Positions 1-12,751 of a DNA stretch of 64,000 bases are shown one piece after another; position 1 is the stretch's first letter; every line of letters starts with the position of its first letter. The DNA comes from an uncultured Trueperaceae bacterium. GTDB lineage: Bacteria; Deinococcota; Deinococci; Deinococcales; Trueperaceae. The stretch is taken from assembly GCA_963815215.1 (NCBI GenBank), contig CAWFFU010000003.1, forward strand, positions 768,001 to 832,000, in the 5' to 3' direction. The notes beneath the pieces were generated by a model. That model was not told the DNA's origin, did not search any database, and saw nothing but the letters and a program-made list of their open reading frames with translations. The translations under genes and the position numbers were made by a program.

Positions 1-1049
1 GGCTCGTCCTGTTCCTTCGGGGTCGCACCGTGCTGCGGCGCGGGCGCGGCCCGTTGCGCCCCGACGTGCAGCGTTTCGGCACCATCCTCGCCATCGGCAT
101 GCCGGCGGGCCTGCAGGGCCTCGCGTACGCCCTGTCCCGACTCGTGCTGTTGCGGGTGGTGACCTCCACGCCGGCCGGCACCCTGGGGGCGGCAGCCCTG
201 GCGATCGGCATCCAGATCGAATCGCTTGCGTACATGCCGGGCGTCGCCCTGAGCGTGGCGGCCACCAGCCTGGTGGGCCGCGCTCTGGGTGCCTGGCAGG
301 TCGCCCAGGCGTGGCGGCGCGCCCACGCCGCGCTGTTCGTGGGGCTGGTCGTGATGTCGTCGGTGGGCCTGGTGCTGCTGCTCGGGGCGCCACTGTGGAT
401 CGAGCTGTTCGAGCCCAGCGGCAACGCCGTGGTGGTGCGCGCCGGCATCAGCTACCTGCGCATCAACGCGCTGGCCCAGCCGGTGCTGGCGGTGTTCATG
501 GTCCTCTCGGGGGCATTGAGGGGCGCCGGCGACACCAGGCCCGCTCTGTGGGGCACCTTCGCAGGGCGCTGGCTGGTCACGCTGCCGGTGGCGTGGGTGC
601 TGGCGCTGCGCACGCCCCTCGGCGTCGACGGCGCGTGGTGGGCGATGGCCGCCGGGACGCTGGTGCAGGCGGCGTGGGTCGCGCAGCGCTGGTTCGCCGG
701 CGCCTGGCCGGAGGTCGCGCTGTCCCGTCAGCCCCTGTTCCGTCGCCACCTCGCCGTCCTGGCTCGCGAGCCACGCGAGCGCTTCCTGGAGGGCGTGCGA
801 CGCCCTCTGCTCGCGGTCCCCGGCAGCCGCGAGGTCGTCGATCCCGACGGCGCGACCTATCTGCTCCCCGGCCGCACCCGGGTCCAGGTCTCCTTCCGAC
901 CCGGACCCCACATCCTCGAGGGCCTCGATACCCTTCAGCACGTCACCGGGCGCGACTTCACGGGGGATGTGGACCACGGCTCCGCGGGCGTCCCGCCAGG
1001 GCGTGCCGGCGTTCCCGGGAGCGGCTCGCCGGAGCGCCCGCCACCGTAA
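1..1049 (+). CDS. MATE-family efflux transporter, 5' end truncated by the window edge
   Basis: Multi-TM protein with MATE motifs (ATSLVGRALGA, GALRGAGDTRP). The frame is open back to the window start. Ends in a hydrophilic C-terminal extension. Confidence 0.8.
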   Translation, partial: LVLFLRGRTVLRRGRGPLRPDVQRFGTILAIGMPAGLQGLAYALSRLVLLRVVTSTPAGTLGAAALAIGIQIESLAYMPGVALSVAATSLVGRALGAWQVAQAWRRAHAALFVGLVVMSSVGLVLLLGAPLWIELFEPSGNAVVVRAGISYLRINALAQPVLAVFMVLSGALRGAGDTRPALWGTFAGRWLVTLPVAWVLALRTPLGVDGAWWAMAAGTLVQAAWVAQRWFAGAWPEVALSRQPLFRRHLAVLAREPRERFLEGVRRPLLAVPGSREVVDPDGATYLLPGRTRVQVSFRPGPHILEGLDTLQHVTGRDFTGDVDHGSAGVPPGRAGVPGSGSPERPPP

Positions 1050-1094
1050 GGTTCCGCATGTTGGGCCCACGGGAGCGCATGCTAGTGTGTTCGC

Positions 1095-2081
1095 GTGGAC
1101 GACGCGCGTTTGCGGCCGGCTTCGCTGGCGGAGTACGTCGGGCAGGGACGGCTCAAGAAGAAACTCGAGGTCTACCTGGAAGCGGCCCGCAATCGTGAGG
1201 AGCCGCTCGACCACGTGCTGCTCTATGGCCCTCCGGGGCTCGGCAAGACCACGCTCGCCCACATCATCGCCACCGAGCTGGGCGTGGGTATCCGCGTCAC
1301 GAGCGGACCTGCCATCGAGAAACCCGGCGATCTCGCCGCCATCCTCACCAATGCCCTCGAGGACGGCGACGTTCTGTTCATCGATGAGATCCACCGGCTC
1401 GGCCGGGTGGCCGAGGAACACCTGTATCCCGCCATGGAGGACTTCAAGATCGACATCGTGCTGGGGCAGGGCCCTGCCGCACGCTCGATCCGGCTCGATC
1501 TGCCGCGCTTCACGCTGGTCGGTGCCACCACGCGACCGGGCCTGATCACAGGCCCGCTGCGCAGCCGCTTCGGCATCATCGAGCACCTGGACTACTACGC
1601 CGACCGCGAGCTGGCCGAGGCGGTCGCTCGCGACGCCGAGCGGCTGGGGTTCGTGCTCGAGCCGGGGGCGGCGCTGGAGATCGGGCGCCGGGCGCGCGGC
1701 ACCATGCGCATCGCCAAGCGCCTGCTCAGGCGCATCCGGGACTTCGCCGACGTCGCAGGCGAACCGCGCATCACGCTGGATCGCACCGGCGCGGCGCTCG
1801 GCGCGTTGGGCATCGACGACGCCGGGCTCGACCGGCGCGACCGCACCATCCTGCGCGCCCTGGTAGAGAAATTCGCCGGCGGTCCGGTGGGTCTGGACAC
1901 GCTTGCGACGGCCGTCGGGGAGGACCGGGCCACCATCGAGGAGGTCTACGAGCCTTTCCTGATCCAACGCGGCCTGCTCCAGCGCACCCCGCGTGGGCGT
2001 GTCGCCACCGAGGCGGCCTACCTCCACCTGGGCCTCCCCGTCGCAGCCACGCGGACCGCGCTCTTCACCGAAGGCGGTTGA
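1095..2081 (+). CDS. ruvB: Holliday junction branch migration DNA helicase RuvB
   Basis: LRP N-terminus, Walker [47 protein letters not shown] lies 6 nt before the GTG start. Confidence 0.97.
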   Translation: MDDARLRPASLAEYVGQGRLKKKLEVYLEAARNREEPLDHVLLYGPPGLGKTTLAHIIATELGVGIRVTSGPAIEKPGDLAAILTNALEDGDVLFIDEIHRLGRVAEEHLYPAMEDFKIDIVLGQGPAARSIRLDLPRFTLVGATTRPGLITGPLRSRFGIIEHLDYYADRELAEAVARDAERLGFVLEPGAALEIGRRARGTMRIAKRLLRRIRDFADVAGEPRITLDRTGAALGALGIDDAGLDRRDRTILRALVEKFAGGPVGLDTLATAVGEDRATIEEVYEPFLIQRGLLQRTPRGRVATEAAYLHLGLPVAATRTALFTEGG

Positions 2082-2088
2082 GCGCGGG

Positions 2089-3156
2089 ATGATCGAAGGC
2101 AGCCTGCGCAACGTCCCGCTCTCGGACGTGTTCCAGATCATCGCCACCGGCCAGAAGGCGGGCATCCTCACCGTCATGCGGGGCCAGGCGCGGACACGCA
2201 TCTACTTCGAGCAGGGCGGCATCCAGTACGCCCACATCTCGCCGGGCGTCCACCTGGGCGAGATCCTGGTGCGCATGGACCTGCTCACGACCCACGAGGT
2301 CCAGGAGATCCTCCGGCGCCAGCACGTCGAGAACGCCGGCACGCCGCTCGGGCTCATGGCCGTGGAGATGGGGCTGATCGACGAGGACGACCTTCGGCGA
2401 GCGCTCGAGCGCCAGGTGCTGGAGGTGGTCTCGGAGCTGATGAGCTGGTCCGACGGCCAGTTCAACTTCGCCGAGCGGTCCGGCTGGGCCTCGCAGGCGC
2501 CAACCCACCACTCCGTGGACGCGATGAGATTGCTCATGTCGGTGGCGCAGCGTTTGCACGAGTTCGAGGGCGGCGTGGTCGAAGCCGACGCCGTCTTCCT
2601 GCGAGATGGCGACCCCACCAAGGTCGAGATGCCCGCCGGCGCCTGGGAGGTCCTGGGCTACGTCGACGGCAAACGTAGCGCGCGGTCCATCGCCTCCGAA
2701 CTCGATCTAACCGAGCGCCACGTGCTCCACATCCTGTTCGAGCTGGAGGCGCTCGCCATCATCGAGGCGCAGCCCTTCCGCGTCGACGACCCGCTGGTGC
2801 TGGCCGTGTCGCCGAGCAGCGCGCTGCAGAGGCTGCTGCGGCTGTCGCTGCAGCGGGCGCAGCTGCGGGTCGAGGTCGCGCTCGATTATGAGGAGGCCCT
2901 CGAGATGCTGCCGGACGTCCACCCTTCGGCGCTGGTCGTCGACGACCAGGACGGAGCCGGCTGGGATCTCGTCAAGGAGTTGAGGCGGCAGACGGGTCAC
3001 AGCCACCTGCCGGTGCTGGTGCTGGTGGACGAGATGCCGAAGACCGGCCTGTTCGGGCGCGCCCGGCGGCCGCGTGCGGAGGTGCTCCTGAAGCCCTTCC
3101 ACGAGATCGAGTTCCAGCAGATGATCACGCGGATGGTCGGCCGTCCGCTGGCCTGA
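2089..3156 (+). CDS. DUF4388 (PatA-N-like) domain protein with C-terminal receiver-like domain
   Basis: MIEGSL..PLSDVFQII...G.L N-terminus, LGEILV motif, W..GQFNF, central wHTH-like segment and C-terminal REC fold ending LLKPF. ATG at 2089 chosen over the ORF-track start. Confidence 0.7.
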   Translation: MIEGSLRNVPLSDVFQIIATGQKAGILTVMRGQARTRIYFEQGGIQYAHISPGVHLGEILVRMDLLTTHEVQEILRRQHVENAGTPLGLMAVEMGLIDEDDLRRALERQVLEVVSELMSWSDGQFNFAERSGWASQAPTHHSVDAMRLLMSVAQRLHEFEGGVVEADAVFLRDGDPTKVEMPAGAWEVLGYVDGKRSARSIASELDLTERHVLHILFELEALAIIEAQPFRVDDPLVLAVSPSSALQRLLRLSLQRAQLRVEVALDYEEALEMLPDVHPSALVVDDQDGAGWDLVKELRRQTGHSHLPVLVLVDEMPKTGLFGRARRPRAEVLLKPFHEIEFQQMITRMVGRPLA

Positions 3157-3201
3157 GGGCCGGCACAGGGGTCTCGTACCATCGGAGAATGCCGCATACC
3201 A

Positions 3202-3243
3202 GGGCGTAATCCGGTTGCTACGCCCACGGGCACGTGCTATCGT
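3202..3243 (+). promoter_or_regulatory. Sigma-A-like promoter (TTGCTA-17-TATCGT, extended TG) with an inverted repeat over the -35 box
   Basis: TTGCTA at 3215-3220 and TATCGT at 3238-3243. Inverted repeat GGGCGTA-N10-TACGCCC at 3202-3225. Confidence 0.5.
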
Positions 3244-3397
3244 TCATCCCAAGCAGACGACCATCCGGGGGGAACGGAGGCACGCCGGACATGGCCGCAA
3301 CAGCGCGGGTGTGGTACGCACTCCGTCGGTCGTTCTGGGTTTCATCCCCGTGCCACAATTCTCACGGCACCGGGCAATGACGGAAATGAGGTGTCCC

Positions 3398-4672
3398 ATG
3401 AAACGCATTTGGCTGACTCTTCTAGTCCTGGTCGGCGGACTCTTCGGAGGTGCCGCGCTCGCGCAAGGCGTGACGCTGCACATCTCCTGCGGGGCCGTCG
3501 GCAACGAACTCACGCTGTGCACGAACGAAGCGCAGGCGTGGGCGAAGAAGACGGGCAACACCGTGGTGGTGGTGTCGACCCCCAACTCCTCAACGGACCG
3601 TCTGGCGCTCTACCAGCAGCAGCTTGCCGCGCAGTCGGACAGCATCGACGTCTACCAGATCGACGTCATCTGGCCCGGCATCCTCGGCGACTACTTCGTC
3701 GATCTTTCGAAGTACTTCACCCAGAGCGACCTGAGCGGCTTCATCCCGGCGTTGGCGCAGAACGACAACGTTAGCGGCAAGCAGGTGGCGGTGCCCTGGT
3801 TCAACGACGCCGGCCTTCTGTACTACCGTACCGACCTGCTCAAGAAGTACGGCTTCAATGCGCCACCCGCCACCTGGGCCGAACTCACCAGCATGGCCCA
3901 GAAGATCCAGGCAGGCGAGCGCGCCGCCGGCAACTCGAAGTTCTGGGGCTACGTCTGGCAGGGCAACGCCTACGAGGGCTTGACCTGTGACGCCCTCGAA
4001 TGGGTCTACTCCTACGGCGGCGGCACCATCGTCGACGCGCAGGGCAACATCACCATCGACAACGCCAAGGCCGCCGAGGCCATCAACATGGCCAAGAGCT
4101 GGGTGGGCACGATCTCGCCTCCTGGAGTCCTCAGCTACCAGGAAGAAGAGGCCCGGGGCGTGTGGCAGGCCGGCAACGCCGCCTTCATGCGGAACTGGCC
4201 CTATGCCTACGGTCCCGGTCAGAGCGCCGACAGCCCCATCAAGGATAAGTTCGGTGTGACCGCGTTGCCGTCGGCCACGGCTGACGGGCAGCACGCCGCC
4301 ACCCTGGGTGGCTGGCAGCTCGCCGTGTCGCGCTTCTCGAAGAACCCGGCGGCCGCCGCCGATCTCGTCAAGTACCTCACGAGCACCGAAGTGGAGCGGG
4401 AACGCGCCATCCAGGGTAGCTTCCTGCCGTCGCGTCTGGCTCTGTACGACGACCCGCAGATCCAGCAGCAGAACCCCTTCATCCACCAGCTGAAGCCGGT
4501 CTTCGCGAGTGCCGTGGCGCGCCCCGCCACCGCTACCAAGCAGAAGTACAACCAGGTCTCCAGCGCATTCTGGACGGCCGTGCACAACGTCCTCGCCGGC
4601 CAGCAGCAGGCGAACCAGGCGTTGAGCGGCCTGAAGGCCCAGCTCACGCGCATCAAGGGCGCGGGCTGGTAA
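3398..4672 (+). CDS. Sugar ABC transporter substrate-binding protein (trehalose/maltose type)
   Basis: Signal peptide MKRIWLTLLVLV..ALAQ. Motifs DVIWPG, GLLYYRTDLL, QGNAYEGLTCD, FMRNWPY, LGGWQL. Confidence 0.9.
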   Translation: MKRIWLTLLVLVGGLFGGAALAQGVTLHISCGAVGNELTLCTNEAQAWAKKTGNTVVVVSTPNSSTDRLALYQQQLAAQSDSIDVYQIDVIWPGILGDYFVDLSKYFTQSDLSGFIPALAQNDNVSGKQVAVPWFNDAGLLYYRTDLLKKYGFNAPPATWAELTSMAQKIQAGERAAGNSKFWGYVWQGNAYEGLTCDALEWVYSYGGGTIVDAQGNITIDNAKAAEAINMAKSWVGTISPPGVLSYQEEEARGVWQAGNAAFMRNWPYAYGPGQSADSPIKDKFGVTALPSATADGQHAATLGGWQLAVSRFSKNPAAAADLVKYLTSTEVERERAIQGSFLPSRLALYDDPQIQQQNPFIHQLKPVFASAVARPATATKQKYNQVSSAFWTAVHNVLAGQQQANQALSGLKAQLTRIKGAGW

Positions 4673-4686
4673 TCCCGGTCCCCGTT

Positions 4687-4715
4687 GCGGCCCCTCCCGA
4701 CACGGGAGGGGCCGC
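4687..4715 (+). terminator. 13-bp stem-loop after the binding-protein gene (partial terminator or mRNA stabiliser)
   Basis: GCGGCCCCTCCCG-ACA-CGGGAGGGGCCGC. Confidence 0.65.
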
Positions 4716-4766
4716 CCTTCTATAGGTCGGGCGTGTGCGCTCGGTGCGCTCGGCTCGAGGTGATCG

Positions 4767-5687
4767 ATGCAAGAGACCGCCGTCAAGAAGCGCAGCGTCA
4801 AGGCCGGGATATCGCTGGAAGGGCGGCGGGCCAGGACCGCCTGGCTCTTCCTCGCGCCCTCGTTGATCGTCATCCTCCTGGTGGCGGGCTACCCGCTCTT
4901 CCGCACGTTCCAACTCAGCCTGACGCAGACCAGCATGCTTCAGTTCCCGCTGAAGGCGCAGTTCGTCGGCCTCTCGAACTTCAAGTTCCTCCTTCAGGAC
5001 GCACAATGGTGGCGGTCGGTGCAGAACACCGTGGTCTTCACGGTGTCCTCGGTTGCGGTCGAGACCCTTCTGGGGCTCGGCATCGCGATGCTGGTGAACG
5101 CTCGCTTCCCCGGCCGCGGCGCCATGCGCACGGCCATGCTCATCCCCTGGGCGATCCCCACGGTGGTGTCGGCCCAGATGTGGCGCTGGATGTACAACGA
5201 CGTCTACGGCGTCATCAACGACATCATGATGAAGCTGCATCTGATCGACAAGCCCTACGCCTGGCTGGCGAACCCCAAGCTCATGCTCCCCGCCGTGATC
5301 TCGGTGGACGTCTGGAAGACGACACCGTTCATGGCGCTGCTACTGCTTGCCGGGCTGCAGACGATCCCCAACGAGCTCTATGAGGCCGCTCGCGTCGACG
5401 GCGCCACGGCATGGCAGAACTTCGTGCGCGTCACGCTGCCGTTGTTGAGGCCGGCTCTCCTGGTAGCTCTCATCTTCCGAACGCTCGACGCGCTCCGCGT
5501 GTTCGACGCTATCTACGTCATGACGGGTACCACCCCGAACACCATGTCGATGTCGGTCTATGCCAGGCAGCAGTTGGTCGATTTCGGCTTGCTTGGCTAC
5601 GGCTCGGCCATCTCCGTCGGCATCTTCTTCATCATCGGGCTCTTCGTGGTCGGCTATGTCGTTAGCCTTCGCGTGGAGGTCGACTGA
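4767..5687 (+). CDS. Sugar ABC transporter permease (MalF-like)
   Basis: TM helices, WKTTPF, EAA loop [11 protein letters not shown]. Confidence 0.92.
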   Translation: MQETAVKKRSVKAGISLEGRRARTAWLFLAPSLIVILLVAGYPLFRTFQLSLTQTSMLQFPLKAQFVGLSNFKFLLQDAQWWRSVQNTVVFTVSSVAVETLLGLGIAMLVNARFPGRGAMRTAMLIPWAIPTVVSAQMWRWMYNDVYGVINDIMMKLHLIDKPYAWLANPKLMLPAVISVDVWKTTPFMALLLLAGLQTIPNELYEAARVDGATAWQNFVRVTLPLLRPALLVALIFRTLDALRVFDAIYVMTGTTPNTMSMSVYARQQLVDFGLLGYGSAISVGIFFIIGLFVVGYVVSLRVEVD

Positions 5688-6535
5688 TGCGCAAGCGCGG
5701 CGTCGGATACTACCTGGGCCAGCTCGCCTTCGCCATCCTCGTCATCCTGGTGTTCATCTACCTGGTGTTCCCCTTCTTCTGGGCGATCTCCTCGTCGCTC
5801 AAGACCCAGAACGAGCTGTTCGCCACCCCGCTGGTGTACTGGCCTCCGCACCCGCAGTGGCACAACTACGTCGAGGTCTTCACCGGGCAGCCGTTCGCCC
5901 GCAATCTTGCGAACTCGCTGGTGGTGGCGGGGCTCACCACGATACTGTCGCTCCTCATCGGCGGCACCGCCGCCTACGCGCTCGGGCGCATCCGCTTCCG
6001 CGGCAAGCGCACCATCTTCTACGGCATCCTGGGCGTCTCGATGTTCCCGCAGATCGCCATCCTGGGCGGCATGTTCGTGCTCATCCGGACCCTGAACATC
6101 TACAACACCTGGTGGGGGCTGATCCTGTCCTACATGGTGTTCACCCTGCCGTTCACGGTGTGGGTGCTGACGAGCTTCGTGCGGGAGATTCCGCGTGAGT
6201 TGGAAGAGGCGGCGTTCGTCGATGGCGCCACCCCGGTGCAGTCACTCATCCGCGTCCTGCTGCCGGTGATGGCTCCAGGGCTCGTCACCGCCGGGCTGTT
6301 GGCGTTCATCCAGGCCTGGAACGAGTTCCTGTTCGCCCTCACCTTCACCGTCGACAACCACGCCCGTACGGTGCCGGTCGCCATCGCGCTGTTCAGCGGT
6401 GCCAGCCAGTATGAGCTGCCGTGGGCACAGATCATGGCGGCGTCGGTCGTCGTGACGGTGCCGCTGATCATCCTGGTGCTCGTCTTCCAGCAGCGCATCG
6501 TCGCCGGGCTCACGGCCGGAGCCGTGAAGGGCTGA
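5687..6535 (+). CDS. Sugar ABC transporter permease (MalG-like)
   Basis: [30 protein letters not shown]-terminus. TGATG overlap with the upstream gene. Confidence 0.92.
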   Translation: MRKRGVGYYLGQLAFAILVILVFIYLVFPFFWAISSSLKTQNELFATPLVYWPPHPQWHNYVEVFTGQPFARNLANSLVVAGLTTILSLLIGGTAAYALGRIRFRGKRTIFYGILGVSMFPQIAILGGMFVLIRTLNIYNTWWGLILSYMVFTLPFTVWVLTSFVREIPRELEEAAFVDGATPVQSLIRVLLPVMAPGLVTAGLLAFIQAWNEFLFALTFTVDNHARTVPVAIALFSGASQYELPWAQIMAASVVVTVPLIILVLVFQQRIVAGLTAGAVKG

Positions 6536-6573
6536 CCCGCGAGCGGATCGCCCGACCCTCGAACCAGCATGCT

Positions 6574-6603
6574 GTGGGGCGCGCCGATCGCGGCGCGCCC
6601 CAC
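6574..6603. terminator. GC hairpin between convergent genes
   Basis: GTGGGGCGCGCCG-ATCG-CGGCGCGCCCCAC. Confidence 0.6.
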
Positions 6604-6640
6604 GTCTATGACGGCGCCCTCCTGACGGTGCCTTCCGCCG

Positions 6641-8644
<2,004 letters not shown>

Positions 8645-8744
8645 CGTCGTCACCTCGGCGGTCGTTCGTTCCACTGGCCCGTGCCGCCACTGTACCGTCC
8701 GAGACGCTCGGCGGAACGGCGTGCGGGCCGAGTACACTGCGACT

Positions 8745-10562
8745 GTGCGAAGCGTCTTCGGTTCGGGTCGTCGCGAAGGTCGCGGCCGGGGTGCGGCCGG
8801 GCTCGAGCTGTCCCAGCTCCGGCGGTTGCTGGGCTTCACTCGCCCTTACCGCGTTCGCCTCATCGTCGGCATCGTCGCGGTCGGCATCTCCAGCGCGTTC
8901 GGTCTCGCCTTCCCGCTGCTGATCCGCGACCTGTTCAACACCGCCTTCGGCGGTCACAGCAGCGGCGCCGGCCTGAACGGCATCGTCGCCCTGCTGTTCG
9001 GGTTGTTCGCCCTGCAGGCGGTGTTCAATTACGTCCGCACCTACAACCTGGGGCTGGTGGGCGAGGCGCTGGTCGCGGACCTGCGCAAGACGCTCTTCGG
9101 CCACGTGATCGACCTGTCCGTTCGCTTCTTCGAGGGGCGCAAGACAGGCGAGATCACCTCGCGCCTGACCTCCGACATCAGCACCGTCCAGAACGCCGTT
9201 TCCCAAGCGCTGGCCCAGTTCGTCAACCAGCTCATCACGCTGGTGGGCGGGGTGGTGGTGCTGCTGGTGCTGAACTTCAAGCTCACCCTGGTGATGCTCG
9301 CCATCGTGCCCGCCGTGGTGCTCGCCGCCGCCTACTTCGGTCGGCGGCTGAGACGGATCAGCACCCGCTTCCAGGACGCCGTCGGCGCCGCCAACGCGAC
9401 AGCCGAGGAGGCGATCCAAGGGGTGCGGGTGGTCAAGTCCTTCACCGCCGAGGACGTCGAGCGCCGCCGCTACGGCGCCGGCATCGACGTCTCCTACGCG
9501 CTGGCGCTGGAGCGCCTGCGCGTGCGGGCGCTGTTCGTGCCTACCGTGATCCTGGCGATGTTCACGGGCATCGGCGTGGTGCTCTGGTACGGAGGCCATC
9601 TGGTACTACAGGGCTCGCTGAAGGGCGGCGACCTCATCGCGTTCCTGCTCATCACGGTGTTCGTCGCGGGCTCCATCGGTACCTTCACCGGCCTCTACTC
9701 GCAGCTCCAGGAGGCGCTGGGAGCTTCCAAACGCATCTTCGAGCTGCTCGACGCGGACAGCGACCTGCCCGAGCCGGAAGCGCCGCTGCACCTCGAGGCG
9801 CCGCAGGGTGCGGTGCGCTTCGAGGGCGTACGGTTCCGCTACGGCGACCGTGGCGATGCGCCCGTGCTCGACGGTATCGATCTGACGGCCGAGCCGGGCA
9901 GGGTGATCGCCCTGGTCGGCCCCAGCGGCGCAGGCAAGAGCACCCTGGTCTCGCTCATCCCGCGCTTCTTCGACCCGACCGAGGGCCGGATCCTGCTCGA
10001 CGACGTCGACCTGCGCCACCTGCCGACCCGAGAGCTCCGCGGTGTGGTCGGCATCGTGCCGCAGGAGACTCAACTCTTCTCGGGCTCGATCGCCGACAAC
10101 ATCCGCTACGGCCGGCCCGGCGCCGATGACGCGGCGGTGGCCGAGGCCGCCCGCGCGGCCAACGCCGACGGCTTCATCCGCGCGTTCCCCGACGGCTACG
10201 GCACGCTCGTCGGCGAGCGCGGCGTGAAGCTGTCGGGCGGACAGCGTCAGCGGGTGGCCATCGCGCGCGCGCTCCTCAAGGATCCGCGCATCCTGATCCT
10301 CGACGAGGCCACCAGTTCGCTCGACAGCGAGTCGGAGGGGGCCGTTCAGGCGGCGTTGGAACGCCTGATGCAGGGGCGCACTACCTTCGTGATCGCCCAC
10401 CGGCTGTCCACGGTGCAGGGGGCGGATATGCTGCTGGTGATGGACGGCGGCCGCATCGTGCAACGGGGTAGCCACCGGGCGCTGCTGGCCGAAGGCGGGC
10501 TCTATCGCGAGCTGTTCGAACGCCAGTTCCGGTCGTTCGACGTGGTGTCGATCCCCGGCTGA
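8745..10562 (+). CDS. ABC transporter, fused permease/ATP-binding (MsbA/MdlB-like exporter)
   Basis: 6-TM domain, GPSGAGKST, LSGGQRQR, LILDEATS, IAHRLST. Start moved to GTG 8745, 6 nt after TACACT. Confidence 0.9.
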   Translation: MRSVFGSGRREGRGRGAAGLELSQLRRLLGFTRPYRVRLIVGIVAVGISSAFGLAFPLLIRDLFNTAFGGHSSGAGLNGIVALLFGLFALQAVFNYVRTYNLGLVGEALVADLRKTLFGHVIDLSVRFFEGRKTGEITSRLTSDISTVQNAVSQALAQFVNQLITLVGGVVVLLVLNFKLTLVMLAIVPAVVLAAAYFGRRLRRISTRFQDAVGAANATAEEAIQGVRVVKSFTAEDVERRRYGAGIDVSYALALERLRVRALFVPTVILAMFTGIGVVLWYGGHLVLQGSLKGGDLIAFLLITVFVAGSIGTFTGLYSQLQEALGASKRIFELLDADSDLPEPEAPLHLEAPQGAVRFEGVRFRYGDRGDAPVLDGIDLTAEPGRVIALVGPSGAGKSTLVSLIPRFFDPTEGRILLDDVDLRHLPTRELRGVVGIVPQETQLFSGSIADNIRYGRPGADDAAVAEAARAANADGFIRAFPDGYGTLVGERGVKLSGGQRQRVAIARALLKDPRILILDEATSSLDSESEGAVQAALERLMQGRTTFVIAHRLSTVQGADMLLVMDGGRIVQRGSHRALLAEGGLYRELFERQFRSFDVVSIPG

Positions 10563-10650
10563 GCGGTGCGCCACGCGGCGCCGGCGCCGCGCCAACGGAC
10601 GTCGGCCGGGCTCGCCCGGCCGACGCATCGATACCTTAAACTCTTAGGAT

Positions 10651-12684
10651 ATGGCGCTCGAGGTGCACTCCCCCTACGAACCGCGGGGCGACCAGCCGCA
10701 GGCCATCGATGGGATCACCGAGGGCCTGGGCGACGGCCTCCGTTTCCAGACGCTACTGGGGGCGACGGGCACCGGCAAGACCTTCTCCATGGCCAAGATC
10801 ATCGAGCGCATCCAGCGCCCGGCCTTGATCCTGGCCCCCAACAAGATCCTGACCGCCCAGCTCGCCGCCGAGTTCAGGGACTACTTCCCCACCGCGGCGG
10901 TCGAGTTCTTCATCAGCTACTACGACTACTACCAGCCTGAAGCCTACGTTCCGGCGCGCGACCTGTTCATCGAGAAGGACGCCAACATCAACATGGAGCT
11001 GGAGAGGTTGCGCCACTCCACCACCCGCAGCCTGCTGACCCGCGACGACGTCATCGTGGTGGCTTCGGTGTCGGCGATCTACGGGTTGGGGTCGCCCGAC
11101 GAGTACCAGCGCCTCCACCTCATCCTGGAGGTCGGACGCGCCGTCGGACGCGACGCCATCCTGGAGACCCTGGTCACCCAGCAGTACGAGCGCAACGACA
11201 TCGAGCTCGCTCCCGGTCGCTTCCGCGCCCGTGGCGACGTGGTCGAGGTGTGGGCGGCGTACGAGGAGCAGCCCCTGCGGGTCGAGCTGTGGGGCGATGA
11301 GGTCGATCGCTTGACCATGCTCGATCCCGTCACCGGGGACGAGACCAGCGAGCTCGACCGCGCCATGGTCTTCCCCGCCAAGCACTACGTGACCCCTTTC
11401 GACAAGCTCCAACCGGCCGTCGAACAGATCGAGGCCGACCTGCACGAGCGCCTGGCGCTGTTCGAGAAGGCCGGCAAGCTCATCGAGGCGCAGCGTCTGA
11501 GGGAGCGCACGCTCTACGACCTGGAGATGCTCCGCACGCTCGGGTACTGCAGCGGCATCGAGAACTACTCGCGCTATCTCGAGGCGCGGAAGCCCGGTGT
11601 GCCCCCGAACACGCTCCTCGACTACTTCCCCGACGACTTCGTCACCTTCATGGACGAGTCGCACGTGATGGTGCCGCAGATCCGCGGCATGTACAACGGC
11701 GACCGCGCCCGCAAGCAGACCCTGGTCGACTACGGCTTCCGGCTCCCCGCCGCCCTCGACAACCGGCCGCTGCGGGAGGAGGAGTTCTTCGCGCGGGTCG
11801 GACAGGTGGTGTTCGTCTCCGCCACCCCCGCCGATCAGGAGGCGCGCCTGAGCGACAAGACCGTCGAGCAGGTCATCCGCCCCACCGGACTGGTCGATCC
11901 CAAGGTCACGGTCAAGCCCAGCCGCGGTCAGATCGACGACCTGGTGTTCGCCGTGCGCGAGCGGGCCAAGCAGAACGAGCGCGTGCTCGTCACCACCCTC
12001 ACCAAGAAGATGGCCGAGGACCTCACGGAGTACCTGGCCGAGAAGGGGGTGCGCGTGCGCTACATGCACTCCGATATCGACGCGGTCGAACGCCAGGTCA
12101 TCATCCGCGATCTCCGGCTGGGACACTTCGACGTCCTGGTTGGGATCAACCTGCTTCGCGAGGGCCTCGATCTGCCCGAGGTGAGCCTGGTGGCGATCCT
12201 CGATGCCGACAAGGCCGGCTTCCTCAGGAGCGTTCGTTCGCTCATCCAGACCATCGGCCGGGCGGCGCGTAACGTCAACGGTGAAGTCTTCCTGTACGCC
12301 GACGAGATCAGCGATGCCATGCAGGGCGCCATCGACGAGACCAGCCGTCGCCGCGACAAGCAACTGGCGTTCAACGTCGAGCACGACATCACCCCGGAGA
12401 CGATCCGGAAGCGCATCCACGAAGTGATCCGGGGTGAGGGCGAGGGTGAGACCGCCGAGGGCAAGAAGGTCGATCTCGACCCCTGGGAGCGCGAGCTGCT
12501 CTTCGACGACCTCAAGCAGGAACTGGCGCAGCTCGAGATCGAGATGTGGAAGGCGTCCGAGGATCTCGACTTCGAACGCGCCGCGCAGATCCGCGACCGC
12601 ATCCACGAGATCGAGGCCCGTCTCGAGGGCAAGAGCGTGAAGGTCGTCCCGCTGCCGGGCAAGGGCAGACCCGCGCGCGCCTGA
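10651..12684 (+). CDS. uvrB: Excinuclease ABC subunit B
   Basis: [41 protein letters not shown] and C-terminal UVR motif FERAAQIRD. Confidence 0.98.
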   Translation: MALEVHSPYEPRGDQPQAIDGITEGLGDGLRFQTLLGATGTGKTFSMAKIIERIQRPALILAPNKILTAQLAAEFRDYFPTAAVEFFISYYDYYQPEAYVPARDLFIEKDANINMELERLRHSTTRSLLTRDDVIVVASVSAIYGLGSPDEYQRLHLILEVGRAVGRDAILETLVTQQYERNDIELAPGRFRARGDVVEVWAAYEEQPLRVELWGDEVDRLTMLDPVTGDETSELDRAMVFPAKHYVTPFDKLQPAVEQIEADLHERLALFEKAGKLIEAQRLRERTLYDLEMLRTLGYCSGIENYSRYLEARKPGVPPNTLLDYFPDDFVTFMDESHVMVPQIRGMYNGDRARKQTLVDYGFRLPAALDNRPLREEEFFARVGQVVFVSATPADQEARLSDKTVEQVIRPTGLVDPKVTVKPSRGQIDDLVFAVRERAKQNERVLVTTLTKKMAEDLTEYLAEKGVRVRYMHSDIDAVERQVIIRDLRLGHFDVLVGINLLREGLDLPEVSLVAILDADKAGFLRSVRSLIQTIGRAARNVNGEVFLYADEISDAMQGAIDETSRRRDKQLAFNVEHDITPETIRKRIHEVIRGEGEGETAEGKKVDLDPWERELLFDDLKQELAQLEIEMWKASEDLDFERAAQIRDRIHEIEARLEGKSVKVVPLPGKGRPARA

Positions 12685-12751
12685 TGACCGTGCCACGCCC
12701 GTGCCTGCGCGGCCTCGCGCTTCGAGCCCGCTATGGTAACGTTGTCCCACT

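Noticed and set aside
1050..1094. Deinococcus RDRM (DdrO box) upstream of ruvB, also checked at uvrB (10600-10650) and recF
   Set aside because: No convincing 17-bp TT..G...CGTAA-type palindrome was found, only -10 boxes.
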